In this document: piece after piece, positions 1 through 12,138 of the stretch
Numbering within the stretch: position 1 is the stretch's first letter
Layout: each line of letters opens with the position of its first letter
Virus record (IMG/VR): IMGVR_UViG_2897358383_000002
Source: a virus
Lineage: Duplodnaviria; Heunggongvirae; Uroviricota; Caudoviricetes
Length of the DNA: 64,000 nt
Direction: 5' to 3' (one strand)
The notes under the pieces: generated by a model
The model's input: only the letters and a program-made list of their open reading frames with translations
Told to the model about the DNA's origin: nothing
Databases searched by the model: none
Position numbers and translations under genes: made by a program

Positions 1-197
1 GTGGAGTCCAGGGTGTCAAACAGGGATGCAAATTCAGCATCCAGCGCCGCTTTTTTGTAGGCTTCGAAAGTAGCCTTGCTGACAATTACTGCTGGCTCAC
101 GGCCTCTGCGGGTGATTTCAACCTCTTCCCCGGCCTCAACATTGTTGAGCACTTCAGAAAGGTTGCCGCGCGCGGTACGGAAGTTAATGGATTGCAT
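1..197 (-). CDS. phd: Phd/YefM-family antitoxin, N-terminal part (gene runs off the left edge; doc expected beyond it)
   Basis: Reverse-strand translation from ATG at 197 gives MQSINFRTARGNLSEVLNNVEAGEEVEITRRGREPAVIVSKATFEAYKKAALDAEFASLFDTLDS, which matches P1 Phd as I remember it. GAGG precedes the ATG. Confidence 0.85.
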   Translation of the reverse strand, partial: MQSINFRTARGNLSEVLNNVEAGEEVEITRRGREPAVIVSKATFEAYKKAALDAEFASLFDTLDS

Positions 198-204
198 AAA
201 TACC

Positions 205-240
205 TCGTGTACTCGTTATGTGTACACAATTATAAACTTC
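205..240 (-). promoter_or_regulatory. Putative phd-doc promoter and operator
   Basis: Palindromes CGTGTAC and TGTGTACACA sit just upstream of phd, followed on the reverse strand by a TATAAT-like hexamer (231-236). Phd is known to bind GTGTAC-type palindromes. Confidence 0.45.
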
Positions 241-373
241 ACAGGCATAAAGCACCAGCACTTTGCGGCTTAACAAACCTCTAGGCAGGTCATTCGTAGC
301 CTAATGTCCGAACTGCTAAAGCATCCAAGTTGCTGTAGAATCACATCCAATTACTTAAACCTGAAATAAGTGG

Positions 374-1932
374 ATGAAAATGACAAGTATTCAACAACGT
401 GCAGAGCTTCATCGCCAGATCTGGCAAATTGCTAACGATGTCAGGGGTTCAGTCGATGGATGGGATTTTAAGCAGTACGTTTTGGGCGCGCTTTTTTACC
501 GTTTTATCAGCGAAAATTTTTCCAGCTATATTGAAGCCGGTGATGACAGTATCTGTTATGCGAAACTGGATGACAGCGTAATTACTGATGACATTAAAGA
601 CGATGCCATCAAAACCAAAGGTTACTTCATCTACCCCAGTCAGCTTTTCTGCAACGTAGCGGCGAAAGCAAATACCAATGACAGACTGAATGCGGATTTA
701 AACAGCATCTTCGTTGCTATCGAAAGTTCTGCTTACGGTTATCCTTCAGAAGCTGACATCAAAGGTTTGTTTGCTGATTTCGATACAACCAGTAACCGCC
801 TGGGGAATACCGTTAAGGATAAAAATGCCCGCCTGGCTGCGGTTCTGAAAGGGGTTGAAGGGTTAAAACTTGGTGACTTCCACGAACATCAGATTGACCT
901 GTTCGGTGACGCCTATGAGTTCCTGATTTCTAACTATGCGGCGAATGCCGGTAAGTCAGGCGGCGAGTTCTTTACACCGCAGCACGTCTCTAAGCTGATT
1001 GCACAACTGGCTATGCACGGGCAGACCCACGTTAACAAAATCTACGACCCGGCAGCAGGCTCCGGTTCGCTGTTGTTGCAGGCTAAAAAACAGTTTGATG
1101 ACCATATCATCGAAGAAGGTTTTTTTGGTCAGGAAATCAACCATACGACCTATAACCTGGCGCGTATGAACATGTTTTTGCACAACATCAACTACGACAA
1201 GTTTGATATCAAGCTGGGTAATACACTGACTGAGCCGCACTTCAGAGATGAAAAACCGTTTGATGCCATCGTTTCTAACCCGCCGTATTCGGTGAAATGG
1301 ATTGGCAGCGATGACCCGACGCTGATTAACGATGAACGTTTTGCCCCGGCTGGCGTTCTGGCCCCCAAATCCAAAGCTGACTTTGCGTTTGTATTACATG
1401 CGCTGAACTATCTTTCGGCCAAAGGTCGCGCTGCGATTGTCTGCTTCCCAGGCATTTTTTACCGTGGCGGCGCGGAGCAGAAAATCCGTCAGTATCTGGT
1501 CGATAATAACTATGTCGAAACCGTGATTTCACTGGCTCCGAACCTGTTCTTTGGCACCACCATTGCCGTAAACATTCTGGTTCTGTCTAAACATAAAACG
1601 GATACCAAAGTTCAGTTTATTGACGCCAGCGAACTGTTCAAAAAAGAGACTAACAACAACATCCTGACCGATGCCCATATCGAAAAAATTATGCAGGTAT
1701 TTGCCAGCAAGGAAGATGTTGCTCATCTGGCGAAATCTGTTGCGTTTGAGACTGTTGTCGCGAATGACTATAACCTGTCGGTGAGCAGCTATGTGGAAGC
1801 GAAAGATACTCGCGAAATTATCGATATCGCTGAGCTGAATGCTGAGCTGAAAACCACGGTCAGCAAAATCGACCAGTTGCGCAAAGATATTGATGCGATT
1901 GTGGCTGAAATTGAAGGCTGCGAGGTGCAGAA

Positions 1933-1936
<4 letters not shown>
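374..1936 (+). CDS. hsdM: Type I restriction-modification N6-adenine DNA methyltransferase subunit (HsdM), Type IC/EcoR124-like
   Basis: 520-aa ORF with the NPPY catalytic motif (VSNPPYS) and AdoMet-binding region ([10 protein letters not shown]). Stop overlaps the hsdS start (ATGA). Confidence 0.95.
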
Positions 1937-3189
<1,253 letters not shown>

Positions 3190-3310
3190 TTGACCATTGC
3201 TACAGACCGGCTCACCTTAACATCCGGTCAGTATATAGACTATTTTTTACGCGCCGGAAGTCACTCTTAACGCCCTTCCGGCTCTTGCCAGGCGGCACAA
3301 AGGATGCGCT

Positions 3311-6300
3311 ATGACTCATCAAACACACACCATTGCTGAATCCAATAACTTTATCGTCCTTGATAAGTACATCAAAGCTGAGCAAACAAGCGACAGCTAC
3401 CAGAGCGAATCGGACCTGGAACGTGAACTGATTCAGGACCTGCGGAATCAGGGTTATGAATTTATTTCCGTAAAATCACAGTCGGCAATGCTGTCTAATG
3501 TTCGGGAACAGCTTCAGAGCCTCAATGGTGTGATGTTTAATGACAGCGAGTGGCGGCGCTTCACGGAGCAGTATCTGGACAACCCCAGCGATGGTATTCT
3601 GGATAAAACCCGTAAAATCCATATCGACTATATCTGCGACTTTATTTTTGACGACGGGCGACTTGAGAACATCTATTTGATAGATAAAAAGAATCTCATG
3701 CGCAATAAGGTGCAGATTATCCAGCAGTTTGAACAGACGGGTTCTCATGCTAACCGTTATGACGTCACGATCCTGGTTAATGGTTTACCGCTGGTGCAAA
3801 TCGAACTAAAAAAACGCGGGGTGGCGATTCGTGAGGCTTTCAACCAGATACATCGTTACAGTAAAGAGAGTTTTAACAGCGAAAATTCCCTGTTTAAGTA
3901 TCTGCAACTGTTTGTCATTTCTAACGGCACCGATACCCGTTATTTTGCCAACACAACAAAGCGCGATAAAAACAGTTTTGACTTCACCATGAATTGGGCG
4001 AAATCAGACAACACGCTGATTAAAGACCTCAAAGACTTTACCGCTACCTTTTTCCAGAAACATACTCTGCTGAATGTTCTGGTGAACTACAGCGTTTTTG
4101 ACAGTAGTCAGACGCTACTGGTGATGCGACCGTACCAGATTGCCGCCACCGAACGAATCTTATGGAAAATCAACAGCTCCTATAAAGCGAAAAACTGGTC
4201 TAACCCCGAAAGCGGTGGCTTTATCTGGCACACTACCGGTTCTGGTAAAACACTGACCAGCTTTAAAGCCGCGCGTCTGGCAACAGAACTGGACTTTATT
4301 GATAAAGTCTTCTTCGTGGTCGACAGGAAAGACCTCGATTACCAGACCATGAAGGAATATCAGCGTTTTTCGCCAGACAGCGTCAACGGCTCGGAAAATA
4401 CCGCAGGCCTTAAACGAAATCTGGATAAGGACGATAACAAAATTATCGTCACTACTATTCAGAAACTCAATAACCTGATGAAAGCAGAAAGCGACCTGTC
4501 TGTATATAATCAGCAAGTGGTGTTTATATTTGATGAATGCCACCGCAGCCAGTTTGGAGAAGCGCAGAAAAACCTGAAGAAGAAATTCAAACGCTATTAT
4601 CAGTTTGGTTTTACCGGCACACCTATTTTCCCGGAAAACGCCTTAGGCTCAGAAACGACCGCCAGCGTATTTGGTCGTGAATTGCATTCGTATGTAATTA
4701 CCGATGCGATTCGTGATGAAAAAGTGCTCAAATTCAAGGTGGACTACAACGATGTGCGGCCACAGTTTAAGTCTTTAGAGACAGAAACTGACGAGAAAAA
4801 ACTAAGTGCGGCTGAAAATCAGCAGGCGTTTCTTCATCCCATGCGTATACAGGAAATTACGCAATATATTCTGAATAACTTCCGCCAGAAGACCCACCGT
4901 ACTTTCCCAGGTTCCAAAGGCTTTAATGCTATGTTGGCAGTGAGCAGCGTGGATGCTGCAAAAGCCTATTACGCGGCGTTTAAACGGTTACAAGAGGAAG
5001 CCGCTAATAAATCTGCAACTTATAAACCGCTGCGTGTTGCGACAATCTTCTCCTTTGCCGCTAATGAAGAACAAAATGCCATTGGTGAAATTTCCGATGA
5101 AACTTTTGATACCAGCGCAATGGACAGCAGTGCTAAAGAGTTTCTTGACGCTGCAATTCGTGAGTATAACAGCTATTTTAAAACTAACTTCAGCACCGAC
5201 GGTAACGGTTTTCAGAACTACTATCGCGATTTAGCCCAACGGGTTAAAAATCAGGATATCGATCTGTTAATTGTCGTGGGGATGTTTTTAACTGGCTTCG
5301 ATGCTCCAACATTGAACACGCTATTCGTCGATAAAAACCTGCGTTTTCACGGCTTGATGCAGGCATTTTCCCGCACCAACCGTATTTATGATGCAACTAA
5401 AACCTTCGGTAATATCGTCACTTTCCGGGATCTGGAACGCTCAACTATTGATGCCATAACGCTGTTTGGTGACAAAAACACCAAAAATGTGGTTTTAGAA
5501 AAGAGTTATGCAGAGTATATGGAAGGCTTTACTGATGCTGCCACTGGTGAAGCTAAGCGCGGCTTTATGGCAGTAGTTTCAGAACTGGAACAACGGTTCC
5601 CTGACCCTGCCAGTATTGAAAGTGAAAAAGAGAAGAAAGACTTCGTTAAACTGTTTGGTGAATACCTGCGTGCCGAGAACATCCTGCAAAACTATGATGA
5701 ATTTGCCACGCTGAAAGCCCTGCAACAAATCGATCTTAGCGATCCTGTTGCGGTAGAAAAATTCAAAGAAGAACATTATGTGGATGATGAAAAGTTCGCT
5801 GAATTGCAAACGATTCGTCTCCCTGCTGAACGCAAGATTCAGGATTATCGTTCTGCCTATAACGATATTCGTGACTGGCAGCGCCGCGAGAAAGAAGCTG
5901 ATAAAAAAGAAAAATCAACCACTGACTGGGATGACGTGGTTTTTGAGGTCGATTTGCTGAAGTCTCAGGAAATAAACCTGGATTATATCCTTGGACTGAT
6001 TTTCGAACACAACAGACAAAATAAAGGCAAGGGCGAAATGATCGAAGAGGTCAAACGCTTAATTCGTTCAAGCCTGGGGAACCGGGCGAAAGAGGGCCTG
6101 GTGGTCGATTTTATTCAGCAAACGAACCTGGATGATTTACCAGACAAAGCCAGTATCATTGAGGCATTCTTTACGTTTGCTCAACGCGAACAGCAACGTG
6201 AAGCAGAAGCATTGATAAAAGAAGAAAATCTCAATGAAGATGCAGCAAAACGCTATATTCGCACGTCTTTAAAACGCGAATACGCCACCGAAAATGGCAC

Positions 6301-6427
6301 AGAATTAAACGAAACATTACCAAAACTTAGTCCGTTGAATCCGCAATATAAAACGAAAAAACAGGCAGTTTTCCAGAAAATCGTCTCGTTTATTGAGAAG
6401 TTTAAAGGCGTAGGCGGAAAAATATAG
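3311..6427 (+). CDS. hsdR: Type I restriction enzyme endonuclease/translocase subunit (HsdR)
   Basis: 1038-aa ORF with SF2 helicase motifs (Walker A TTGSGKT, DEAH-box FDECHRS) and an N-terminal nuclease region. Length class matches EcoR124-type HsdR. Confidence 0.95.
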   Translation: MTHQTHTIAESNNFIVLDKYIKAEQTSDSYQSESDLERELIQDLRNQGYEFISVKSQSAMLSNVREQLQSLNGVMFNDSEWRRFTEQYLDNPSDGILDKTRKIHIDYICDFIFDDGRLENIYLIDKKNLMRNKVQIIQQFEQTGSHANRYDVTILVNGLPLVQIELKKRGVAIREAFNQIHRYSKESFNSENSLFKYLQLFVISNGTDTRYFANTTKRDKNSFDFTMNWAKSDNTLIKDLKDFTATFFQKHTLLNVLVNYSVFDSSQTLLVMRPYQIAATERILWKINSSYKAKNWSNPESGGFIWHTTGSGKTLTSFKAARLATELDFIDKVFFVVDRKDLDYQTMKEYQRFSPDSVNGSENTAGLKRNLDKDDNKIIVTTIQKLNNLMKAESDLSVYNQQVVFIFDECHRSQFGEAQKNLKKKFKRYYQFGFTGTPIFPENALGSETTASVFGRELHSYVITDAIRDEKVLKFKVDYNDVRPQFKSLETETDEKKLSAAENQQAFLHPMRIQEITQYILNNFRQKTHRTFPGSKGFNAMLAVSSVDAAKAYYAAFKRLQEEAANKSATYKPLRVATIFSFAANEEQNAIGEISDETFDTSAMDSSAKEFLDAAIREYNSYFKTNFSTDGNGFQNYYRDLAQRVKNQDIDLLIVVGMFLTGFDAPTLNTLFVDKNLRFHGLMQAFSRTNRIYDATKTFGNIVTFRDLERSTIDAITLFGDKNTKNVVLEKSYAEYMEGFTDAATGEAKRGFMAVVSELEQRFPDPASIESEKEKKDFVKLFGEYLRAENILQNYDEFATLKALQQIDLSDPVAVEKFKEEHYVDDEKFAELQTIRLPAERKIQDYRSAYNDIRDWQRREKEADKKEKSTTDWDDVVFEVDLLKSQEINLDYILGLIFEHNRQNKGKGEMIEEVKRLIRSSLGNRAKEGLVVDFIQQTNLDDLPDKASIIEAFFTFAQREQQREAEALIKEENLNEDAAKRYIRTSLKREYATENGTELNETLPKLSPLNPQYKTKKQAVFQKIVSFIEKFKGVGGKI

Positions 6428-6506
6428 CCCAATTCGTATTTTTCTTGCGGGTTCTTAATTAAACCCGCAAGAGACCGTGGGGTTCCAAATGGCTAATATA
6501 CTCCCC

Positions 6507-6592
6507 TTACCCATGAGCGACGATGCCGCCAAAAGTGATAGAGAACAGCCAGAAATAGATCGCGGTCATAATGATTTTGAATGCCGTGTTCA
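6507..6592 (-). CDS. Small hydrophobic peptide, 28 aa (MNTAFKIIMTAIYFWLFSITFGGIVAHG)
   Basis: ATG at 6592 with GGAG 8 nt upstream. Sits between two hairpins and downstream of a late-promoter-like box. Not in the ORF track because it is under 60 aa. Confidence 0.35.
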
Positions 6593-6621
6593 TATCTTCA
6601 GCTCCTGTGATTGATTGGATA

Positions 6622-6652
6622 CATGCCGCGCCCTTGCGGCATGTTTTTATTT
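6622..6652 (+). terminator. Rho-independent terminator candidate downstream of hsdR
   Basis: Stem CATGCCGC/GCGGCATG with a 6-nt loop, followed by TTTTTATTTT on the plus strand. Confidence 0.5.
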
Positions 6653-6679
6653 TCACTTTCTCTGTTTTAAAAATCAATA

Positions 6680-6693
6680 TTTATTAGAGCAAT
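6680..6693 (-). promoter_or_regulatory. Late-promoter-like box (reverse-strand sense TTGCTCTAATAAAT, then ATTGATTTTTAAAAC)
   Basis: One of at least six copies of the same 14-mer in the window, each followed by an AT-rich -10-like element. Points leftward at the 28-aa peptide gene. Confidence 0.4.
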
Positions 6694-7199
6694 TATTGTT
6701 GATGGAGAAGCGCGTTTTCATACTCCCTGACCATTAACGTAAGCACGCCGTGCCTCCTGAAAACACGCGCCACTTCAATCTTATCTTCCAGCGCGAACGC
6801 GATTTTACTTAGACCAATTTTCTTAAGGAGATCAATCTTTGCTTGGCCGTCATTTCTGTCATCGGTGGCAGGACGCATAGATAGCAAAGGCTCAGCCCCG
6901 TTTGTTACGTACTTCCGCAGCCAGGCTCGTGTTTTATCCCTTGCGATCTCACAGCGCCCGGTTACAAACCAGACCGTGTAAACGTTAAATAACTGGCGCA
7001 CAATATCAATAACTGGAGTTATGGGAGTATCAGTGTCACAGGCGAGATTAAACTCGTTCCAGTCCTTTGTTAATGCACCTTTACCTGGTGGCGGAAGCAA
7101 ATGCAGTCTGTCTTCAGTTGCCTCTGATATTGTTCCATCAATATCAACTATGACGATATACGGACGTTCCTGGTGTGCGTGTTTATTGAAAATACTCAA
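6693..7199 (-). CDS. HAD-superfamily phosphatase-like protein
   Basis: 168 aa. DxDGT motif (VDIDGT) near the N-terminus, then TGR and K/D motifs in HAD order. TTG start with strong SD GAGGAGGG. Confidence 0.6.
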   Translation of the reverse strand: MSIFNKHAHQERPYIVIVDIDGTISEATEDRLHLLPPPGKGALTKDWNEFNLACDTDTPITPVIDIVRQLFNVYTVWFVTGRCEIARDKTRAWLRKYVTNGAEPLLSMRPATDDRNDGQAKIDLLKKIGLSKIAFALEDKIEVARVFRRHGVLTLMVREYENALLHQQ

Positions 7200-7271
7200 A
7201 TGCCCTCCTCATTGGACGAAAAAAATGCTGGTGGGCGCACTCCACCAGCATTAAAAGTGACACTGTAACTG

Positions 7272-8534
7272 TCAGCGAACATAAATAGTGCCGCCGTTCT
7301 CTTTTTCCCATGCATCGCTACGTGCATAGCAAACATCGAGAAGTCTTCTTGCCGCTGTTTCCTCTAAACCCAATTCGACAACCAACTGCTCATGACGGCG
7401 GGTAACCACATCAAACAGGGTATGCAGCCCTTTAGCTGCCAGATCATCAATAAATTCCGGTTCGAACGGCAGCTCTGCCTCTGCCAACATAACCTCTTGC
7501 GCCCACTCAACTCGACGGACCAGTTCCGGGCGGCGGCTTTCCATCTCTTTACAGATCAATTCATGGAAGAACTCTACCCAACCTTCCGGCTGGAACTCGC
7601 GGAAAATGGCCAACGGCTGGAAGTTTGGCATCAACCATTCGTTGATCCGGATATCAATGGCATAGCCCATGTCGCAGCAGAACTGATAAGCAAAGTCCAG
7701 CTTAGAAACGATATAAGGACGCTCGTTATTGAACTCTTTAGGCGATGAGATCCCATAAGCCAGGAGGCGCGGGAAGAAGGAGATTTGCCCTAACGTCGGA
7801 TGAAGTTTGCTTGCAGGGAAACGGCGCTCAGTAATGCCATACATTTCCTTCTTGAGCGTCGCAAATTTGGCATTCTCATTAACCAGCGCGGTAACCTCTG
7901 CTTTTTTATTAGCAAATGCCACGCGCGCTTCGCTTGCATCTTTAATAGTTTTTTTGAGCTGTTGGTTAAGGTCGGCGACCTGCTTACGCAGTTCCTGTCG
8001 CTCGCTTTTAGCTTTGTTATAGCGTTTCTCAAGGTTAAAAGGATCAAGTTTCATGATCTCTTTATATTGAGATTTTAGCGTTGAAATCTGTGAGTTCCGC
8101 AGTTCAACCATCGCGGTCATTTCATTGAGTTTTGTTTCCAGCTCAATGCTTATACGTTCGGCATTATCAGCACGCTGGTTGGCGTCATGCGTCGCATCGT
8201 CGATCGCGTCCTGTTGCTGGCGTTTCAAATGTTCAATTTGCAGCTGAAGCTCTTCAATTTCTTTACCCTTCAGACCGAGATCCAACTGCATATTTTCAGC
8301 TGCATCTACCAGGGAGTTATGGCTATCAGCTTCTGCGTTATAAACATCAATAAGCTGTGCGTGAAGCATCTCCGCTGACTGAACCGCATTATCAAAAAAA
8401 CGTGCTGTGAGGTCATCACAACTAACGCGGCGTTGCGCGGCCCGGATGTTCTGGATAATGGCCGGGATACCGGCATTCAGGACATCAGGGATAGATACAT
8501 TTTCGATTGATTGGTTTTGTGCTGAAGTGCTCAT
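7272..8534 (-). CDS. Hypothetical protein with long coiled-coil segment
   Basis: 420-aa ORF with heptad-rich E/K/Q/L region (about aa 60-230). Start overlaps the upstream gene stop. Confidence 0.65.
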   Translation of the reverse strand: MSTSAQNQSIENVSIPDVLNAGIPAIIQNIRAAQRRVSCDDLTARFFDNAVQSAEMLHAQLIDVYNAEADSHNSLVDAAENMQLDLGLKGKEIEELQLQIEHLKRQQQDAIDDATHDANQRADNAERISIELETKLNEMTAMVELRNSQISTLKSQYKEIMKLDPFNLEKRYNKAKSERQELRKQVADLNQQLKKTIKDASEARVAFANKKAEVTALVNENAKFATLKKEMYGITERRFPASKLHPTLGQISFFPRLLAYGISSPKEFNNERPYIVSKLDFAYQFCCDMGYAIDIRINEWLMPNFQPLAIFREFQPEGWVEFFHELICKEMESRRPELVRRVEWAQEVMLAEAELPFEPEFIDDLAAKGLHTLFDVVTRRHEQLVVELGLEETAARRLLDVCYARSDAWEKENGGTIYVR

Positions 8535-8535
8535 T

Positions 8536-8754
8536 TCAAAGTTCCGTATTAGCTTGTGCTTCGGTCATTTTTCCTAAGTATGAAGGTGGAAGGACTACGC
8601 AATTTGTATCCAGTCCCTCACCTATGGCAGCCTGTAAAATTCTGGCTAAGGTGAGTCTCTTGTTGCGATACCTGGTGATGACATGCCTGATACCGCCGGT
8701 CGGCGTAACAAAGGCGATCAGCCAGTAGTGATATTTCCGTCGGAATGGCCACAT
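8536..8754 (-). CDS. Hypothetical protein (72 aa)
   Basis: ATG at 8754 with AGGTG SD. Tightly packed with the downstream gene. Confidence 0.45.
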   Translation of the reverse strand: MWPFRRKYHYWLIAFVTPTGGIRHVITRYRNKRLTLARILQAAIGEGLDTNCVVLPPSYLGKMTEAQANTEL

Positions 8755-8776
8755 AGTGCACCTTGTAGATTGCTCT

Positions 8777-8807
8777 AATAAAAAACGTGATGAGTGTACA
8801 TCACGTT
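8777..8807 (-). terminator. Hairpin terminator candidate
   Basis: Stem AACGTGATG/CATCACGTT with a 6-nt loop, followed by a T-run on the reverse strand. Flanked by inverted copies of the TTGCTCTAATAA box. Confidence 0.45.
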
Positions 8808-8820
8808 TTAAAAATATGGA

Positions 8821-8834
8821 ATTATTAGAGCAAT
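8821..8834 (-). promoter_or_regulatory. Late-promoter-like box (TTGCTCTAATAAT, then TTTTTAAAAC)
   Basis: Same box family as 6680-6693. About 70 nt upstream of the 72-aa gene start. Confidence 0.35.
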
Positions 8835-8835
8835 A

Positions 8836-9537
8836 TTATTCTGATTCTCGCTCAAAAAATGAGCTGATAAGGGGAAGCCAATCCTCTGACACTTCGCGAG
8901 GTCGCGGTTTGCCGTGGAAAAAGATTATTCGGCAGTCTTTTGGTAATGCCCCATTCCCCCTGGAGTAACGCGCGCTCGCATATTTTGAACCAGGTTCCAC
9001 AACATCGGCCTTGTAACTTACAAACCATCCTGGATACAGATCCTGAAATGCTGGTGTATCATCGCCCATAACCTTTCGTAAGAACCCCTGGTCACCCCAG
9101 CACTCAGTAGTGACACAACGAGAAATCCAACCTTCCGGATCTTGCCAGAATGAACTCCAGATATGCGCTTTAACACTATTTGGTATCCACAGGGCACCGC
9201 TGCCACGATATTGTGGATGGTAAAAATCCCTAAGCATGGTGAAGCTGGTTGGTGGATGCTCTAGGATTGGGCGTATATCACCGGCAATAACCGTGTCCAA
9301 ATCCAGATAGAACAGATCATCGGTTATATCCGGTCGGAACAACTCTATTTTCGCCCACCAGCCACGGTACTTTTGCCACTGGTTGATCAATGGGACAACT
9401 TTGACGCCAGGTACATGTAAACGCTTCAGGTCTGTCAGGCAAATAATTTCATAGCCTTTTGGCAGTTGATTAACCAGCCACTGCACATCGGAAGCGTTAT
9501 AGTCACCACCAGAGCGAAAAACTAAAGCAATCTTCAT
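8836..9537 (-). CDS. Hypothetical protein, possible DxD-type transferase
   Basis: 233 aa. YLDLDTV is reminiscent of a GT-A DxD motif. Start overlaps the ppp stop. Confidence 0.55.
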   Translation of the reverse strand: MKIALVFRSGGDYNASDVQWLVNQLPKGYEIICLTDLKRLHVPGVKVVPLINQWQKYRGWWAKIELFRPDITDDLFYLDLDTVIAGDIRPILEHPPTSFTMLRDFYHPQYRGSGALWIPNSVKAHIWSSFWQDPEGWISRCVTTECWGDQGFLRKVMGDDTPAFQDLYPGWFVSYKADVVEPGSKYASARYSRGNGALPKDCRIIFFHGKPRPREVSEDWLPLISSFFERESE

Positions 9538-10226
9538 GCTGCACCATCACCTTTCACTTTCATCAATGTCAGGTTTCCGCAAAATACGGCACCAGTGTCG
9601 ATATACTGCTGATTCCAGAATGTCTTCGGGCTTTTCACCGGAGTGTGACCAAAGATAAAACGATCTGCGCCCGAAATTTCGCCACCAATATCATCCATCG
9701 AATCACTGATACGCTCGCGCGCCCAGACAACGTTGAAAAGCGGCACCTCCTTACCGAATTGGTATTCATTATCCGGATAGTCGGCATGGGCTATAACGAT
9801 AGTTTCTTGCCCGGTGTTCAACTCAATGATATAGGGCAGACGCTTTACCAGCTCCACCAGCGCCCAGGCTAATATTTCCTGATCAGTGTCCAGCATGAAG
9901 AACCATTGTCCGCCATTCATTAGCCAGTTATTCACGTTGCCATCTGGACTTAACGCATCAATCATCAGCCGCTCATGGTTCCCCATCACTGCCCTGAACC
10001 AGGGCATCTGCAATAGTTCCAGACATTCGACATTTTCAGTACCGCGATCAATAAGGTCGCCGACCGATATCAGTAAATCCTGCGCCGGGTCAAAATCCAC
10101 ACGATGGAGTTCGGACATCAGTCTGGTGTAGCAACCATGCAGATCACCAACAACCCAGACATTCCTGTATTTGGTACCGTCGATACGGTGATAAATTGTG
10201 GGTGCCATCATGTATTCTTCAGCCAT
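9534..10226 (-). CDS. ppp: Serine/threonine protein phosphatase, PPP (calcineurin-like/lambda phosphatase) family
   Basis: 230 aa with the canonical metallophosphoesterase motifs GDLHG, GDLIDRG and GNHE. Confidence 0.9.
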   Translation of the reverse strand: MAEEYMMAPTIYHRIDGTKYRNVWVVGDLHGCYTRLMSELHRVDFDPAQDLLISVGDLIDRGTENVECLELLQMPWFRAVMGNHERLMIDALSPDGNVNNWLMNGGQWFFMLDTDQEILAWALVELVKRLPYIIELNTGQETIVIAHADYPDNEYQFGKEVPLFNVVWARERISDSMDDIGGEISGADRFIFGHTPVKSPKTFWNQQYIDTGAVFCGNLTLMKVKGDGAA

Positions 10227-10834
10227 TCTTTAAGAGTCATCTGCGGAATACCTCCCATTTTCCCGCATGAAACAACGTCAATCTGTTCACGCGCAGACTG
10301 GAATAACAAAGGCAGGTGACTTAGATTTTTTGGCGTGCCGCCGGAGTGAACGCGTGGTTCTTGTGTAGCGTCAACGCCCACCAGGGCGACATGTTTGAAT
10401 CCGATATGGAAAGCCAGGTTCAGAGCGCCATATGCACTATTGCCGCTGGCAATTTCATTCTCATCTTCGCAAAGTCCGAAATGTGCGGACCAGCGCCACG
10501 CCCACCACTCGGGAGAATTCATATTTTTTGGCTCCATGCCACGTTCAGCCACACGACGGAAGCACAGAACGCCGTCTCTGACTTCACGTTCTTTAACATC
10601 GGGTAGTGCCATGCAATAACAAACACCACGGCGACGGCGGCCACGACCAACGCGCCGCATATTGTCTGCCGATGGATCAAGTGTGAAAAAATAAGAAGCG
10701 CGGTTCAGCCAGTCGATGGCCCCATTGACCGCTATAATCGGCACTCCGCGCGGCGCAACAAAGTTTGCGGCGCTTGGGCCACTGCCGACGATAATAACGC
10801 GATCACTGCCTCTAAATTTATTCTTGGGAAACAT
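10208..10834 (-). CDS. Hypothetical protein, paralog B of a GSGPS-motif pair
   Basis: 208 aa. IVGSGPS...IAVNGA N-terminal motif shared with the next gene. Confidence 0.6.
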   Translation of the reverse strand: MFPKNKFRGSDRVIIVGSGPSAANFVAPRGVPIIAVNGAIDWLNRASYFFTLDPSADNMRRVGRGRRRRGVCYCMALPDVKEREVRDGVLCFRRVAERGMEPKNMNSPEWWAWRWSAHFGLCEDENEIASGNSAYGALNLAFHIGFKHVALVGVDATQEPRVHSGGTPKNLSHLPLLFQSAREQIDVVSCGKMGGIPQMTLKEWLKNT

Positions 10835-11361
10835 TGAATTGCACTGCTCCTACTTGCATTCAAAATATGTAAATCTGCGTGTTTTTTGCGGGTATCCAGG
10901 AACTGCTGTTGCCATTTTGAAATAGACACCTGCGTTGGATTCCGTAGTGCTTGAGGGTGCGCGCCATGCCAATGAAGGCCGTTTTGCAGAGAACAGTCAT
11001 AGCCGACTAATACCACTACTTCAGCCCCTGATTCAGCAGCCAGACTGATAGCCTGCGCGCCGCTATTTACCCCTTCCGCCGGTCCACAATATCGCCTGTA
11101 CTCCAACGAAAATGATTTCGCCGCCGCCAGGTTGGCTGTCACTTTGCGGAATCTCCCTCCCGGTATGGTGGATCCGTATTGCTTCCACCATGACAAATCA
11201 CCGGCGTATAAGGCATAAATGTCATCGAACATCTGCCAGGAATTGTTAACCGCGATGATTGAACAGCCAGTTTTTTCTATAGCAGCACAGTCCTCACGAG
11301 TGAGTGACGGACCGCTACCGACACAAAAAACAGTCCTAGTCGCCCTGGGTGGTATGTTCAT
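10732..11361 (-). CDS. Hypothetical protein, paralog A of a GSGPS-motif pair
   Basis: Start moved to the internal ATG at 11361 (MNIPPRATRTVFCVGSGPS...). The 3' end overlaps the start of paralog B by about 100 nt. Confidence 0.55.
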   Translation of the reverse strand: MNIPPRATRTVFCVGSGPSLTREDCAAIEKTGCSIIAVNNSWQMFDDIYALYAGDLSWWKQYGSTIPGGRFRKVTANLAAAKSFSLEYRRYCGPAEGVNSGAQAISLAAESGAEVVVLVGYDCSLQNGLHWHGAHPQALRNPTQVSISKWQQQFLDTRKKHADLHILNASRSSAIQCFPRINLEAVIALLSSAVAQAPQTLLRRAECRL

Positions 11362-11491
11362 TCTCAGCTGCAAATTCAGCCTCCAGGCGAGCATTCATTT
11401 CAGCGATTACCGGGTCCACTACAGCATCTGCTTCCTGTTCATTACGCGGCATGATCGATGCCAGCGATTCATAATTAGCCTTGGATGACAC
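11336..11491 (-). CDS. Small acidic hypothetical protein (51 aa, GTG start)
   Basis: GGGAG SD before GTG at 11491. Weak call. Confidence 0.25.
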   Translation of the reverse strand: MSSKANYESLASIMPRNEQEADAVVDPVIAEMNARLEAEFAAENEHTTQGD

Positions 11492-11557
11492 GATTATTCT
11501 CCCGATGTTAATGTGCGCTGTATCAAAGAACACATATGCACTAATTAATTTATTATT

Positions 11558-12136
11558 TCACGTAGTGTACAACCACTTGTCACCGTTCAATACATGCTCA
11601 ATAGCCTCACCCTTTTTAAGGCTCATGTATTCCAGGATGGCGGTTATCGCTTGTTCTGCACCATACGCAAGAACGACGTAGTAACCTTCCTCTCTAAGCC
11701 TGCGCATCCAGGCGATCTGCTCATGCGTCGGGGCTTTACCATTTGGTTCTTTAAGCTCAATTCGCATGCCGTGATAAATACCGCATGCTTTATCGAGACT
11801 CATGTCCGGATAACCTTTTTTCTGCCCTTCAGCCTTCATTTTCCCGGCGGTTGCTTTTGAACGTTTCCCTCCGTTAGGCGTTGCATGCAACAGCTCATAG
11901 ATGTCAGGGTGCTTGCGTTCGAAGTAATCAAAAATGAAAACCTGCTCGAAGTGCTCGCAATTTCCGTCGCGCAGGTCTGGGGTCTTTGCCAGTGCTGCAA
12001 GTGCCTTCGCATGTGGAGAAACTTCTGTTACCGGCGCAAGCGATAAGAATGGATCCTTTTTGGTTTTTGGCCTGGACTGCCCCTTATTTCTACGCTCACT
12101 AAAAGCCTGAAACTCTTCCTCAGTAAAGCGCAACAT
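11558..12136 (-). CDS. VRR-NUC domain nuclease-like protein
   Basis: 192 aa. C-terminal GYPDMSL...GMRIELKEPNGKAPTHEQIAWMRRLREEGYYVVLAYG fits the VRR-NUC (PD-(D/E)xK) pattern. Confidence 0.65.
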   Translation of the reverse strand: MLRFTEEEFQAFSERRNKGQSRPKTKKDPFLSLAPVTEVSPHAKALAALAKTPDLRDGNCEHFEQVFIFDYFERKHPDIYELLHATPNGGKRSKATAGKMKAEGQKKGYPDMSLDKACGIYHGMRIELKEPNGKAPTHEQIAWMRRLREEGYYVVLAYGAEQAITAILEYMSLKKGEAIEHVLNGDKWLYTT

Positions 12137-12138
12137 AA

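Noticed and set aside
76-273. 65-aa plus-strand ORF at the left edge
   Set aside because: It lies antisense to the phd coding region and runs through the phd promoter/operator. No SD. The reverse-strand reading is a recognisable antitoxin.
3190-3310. Sigma-70 promoter for hsdR in the hsdS-hsdR gap
   Set aside because: TTGACC and TATATA-like hexamers are present but at incompatible spacing, so I could not place a convincing -35/-10 pair. Only a GCCGGAAG/CTTCCGGC hairpin is clear.
4160-4543. 127-aa reverse-strand ORF inside hsdR
   Set aside because: Embedded antisense in the helicase core of hsdR. Typical shadow ORF.
6444-6471. 10-bp-stem hairpin after hsdR as a canonical terminator
   Set aside because: It has no U-tract on either strand, so it is mentioned only as a structural element. 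The hairpin at 6622-6652 has the T-run and is the better terminator candidate.
11536-11555. Box-like ATGCACTAATTAATTTATTA as a late promoter
   Set aside because: Its orientation would drive transcription antisense into the VRR-NUC gene and it diverges from the consensus. Probably a chance AT-rich match.
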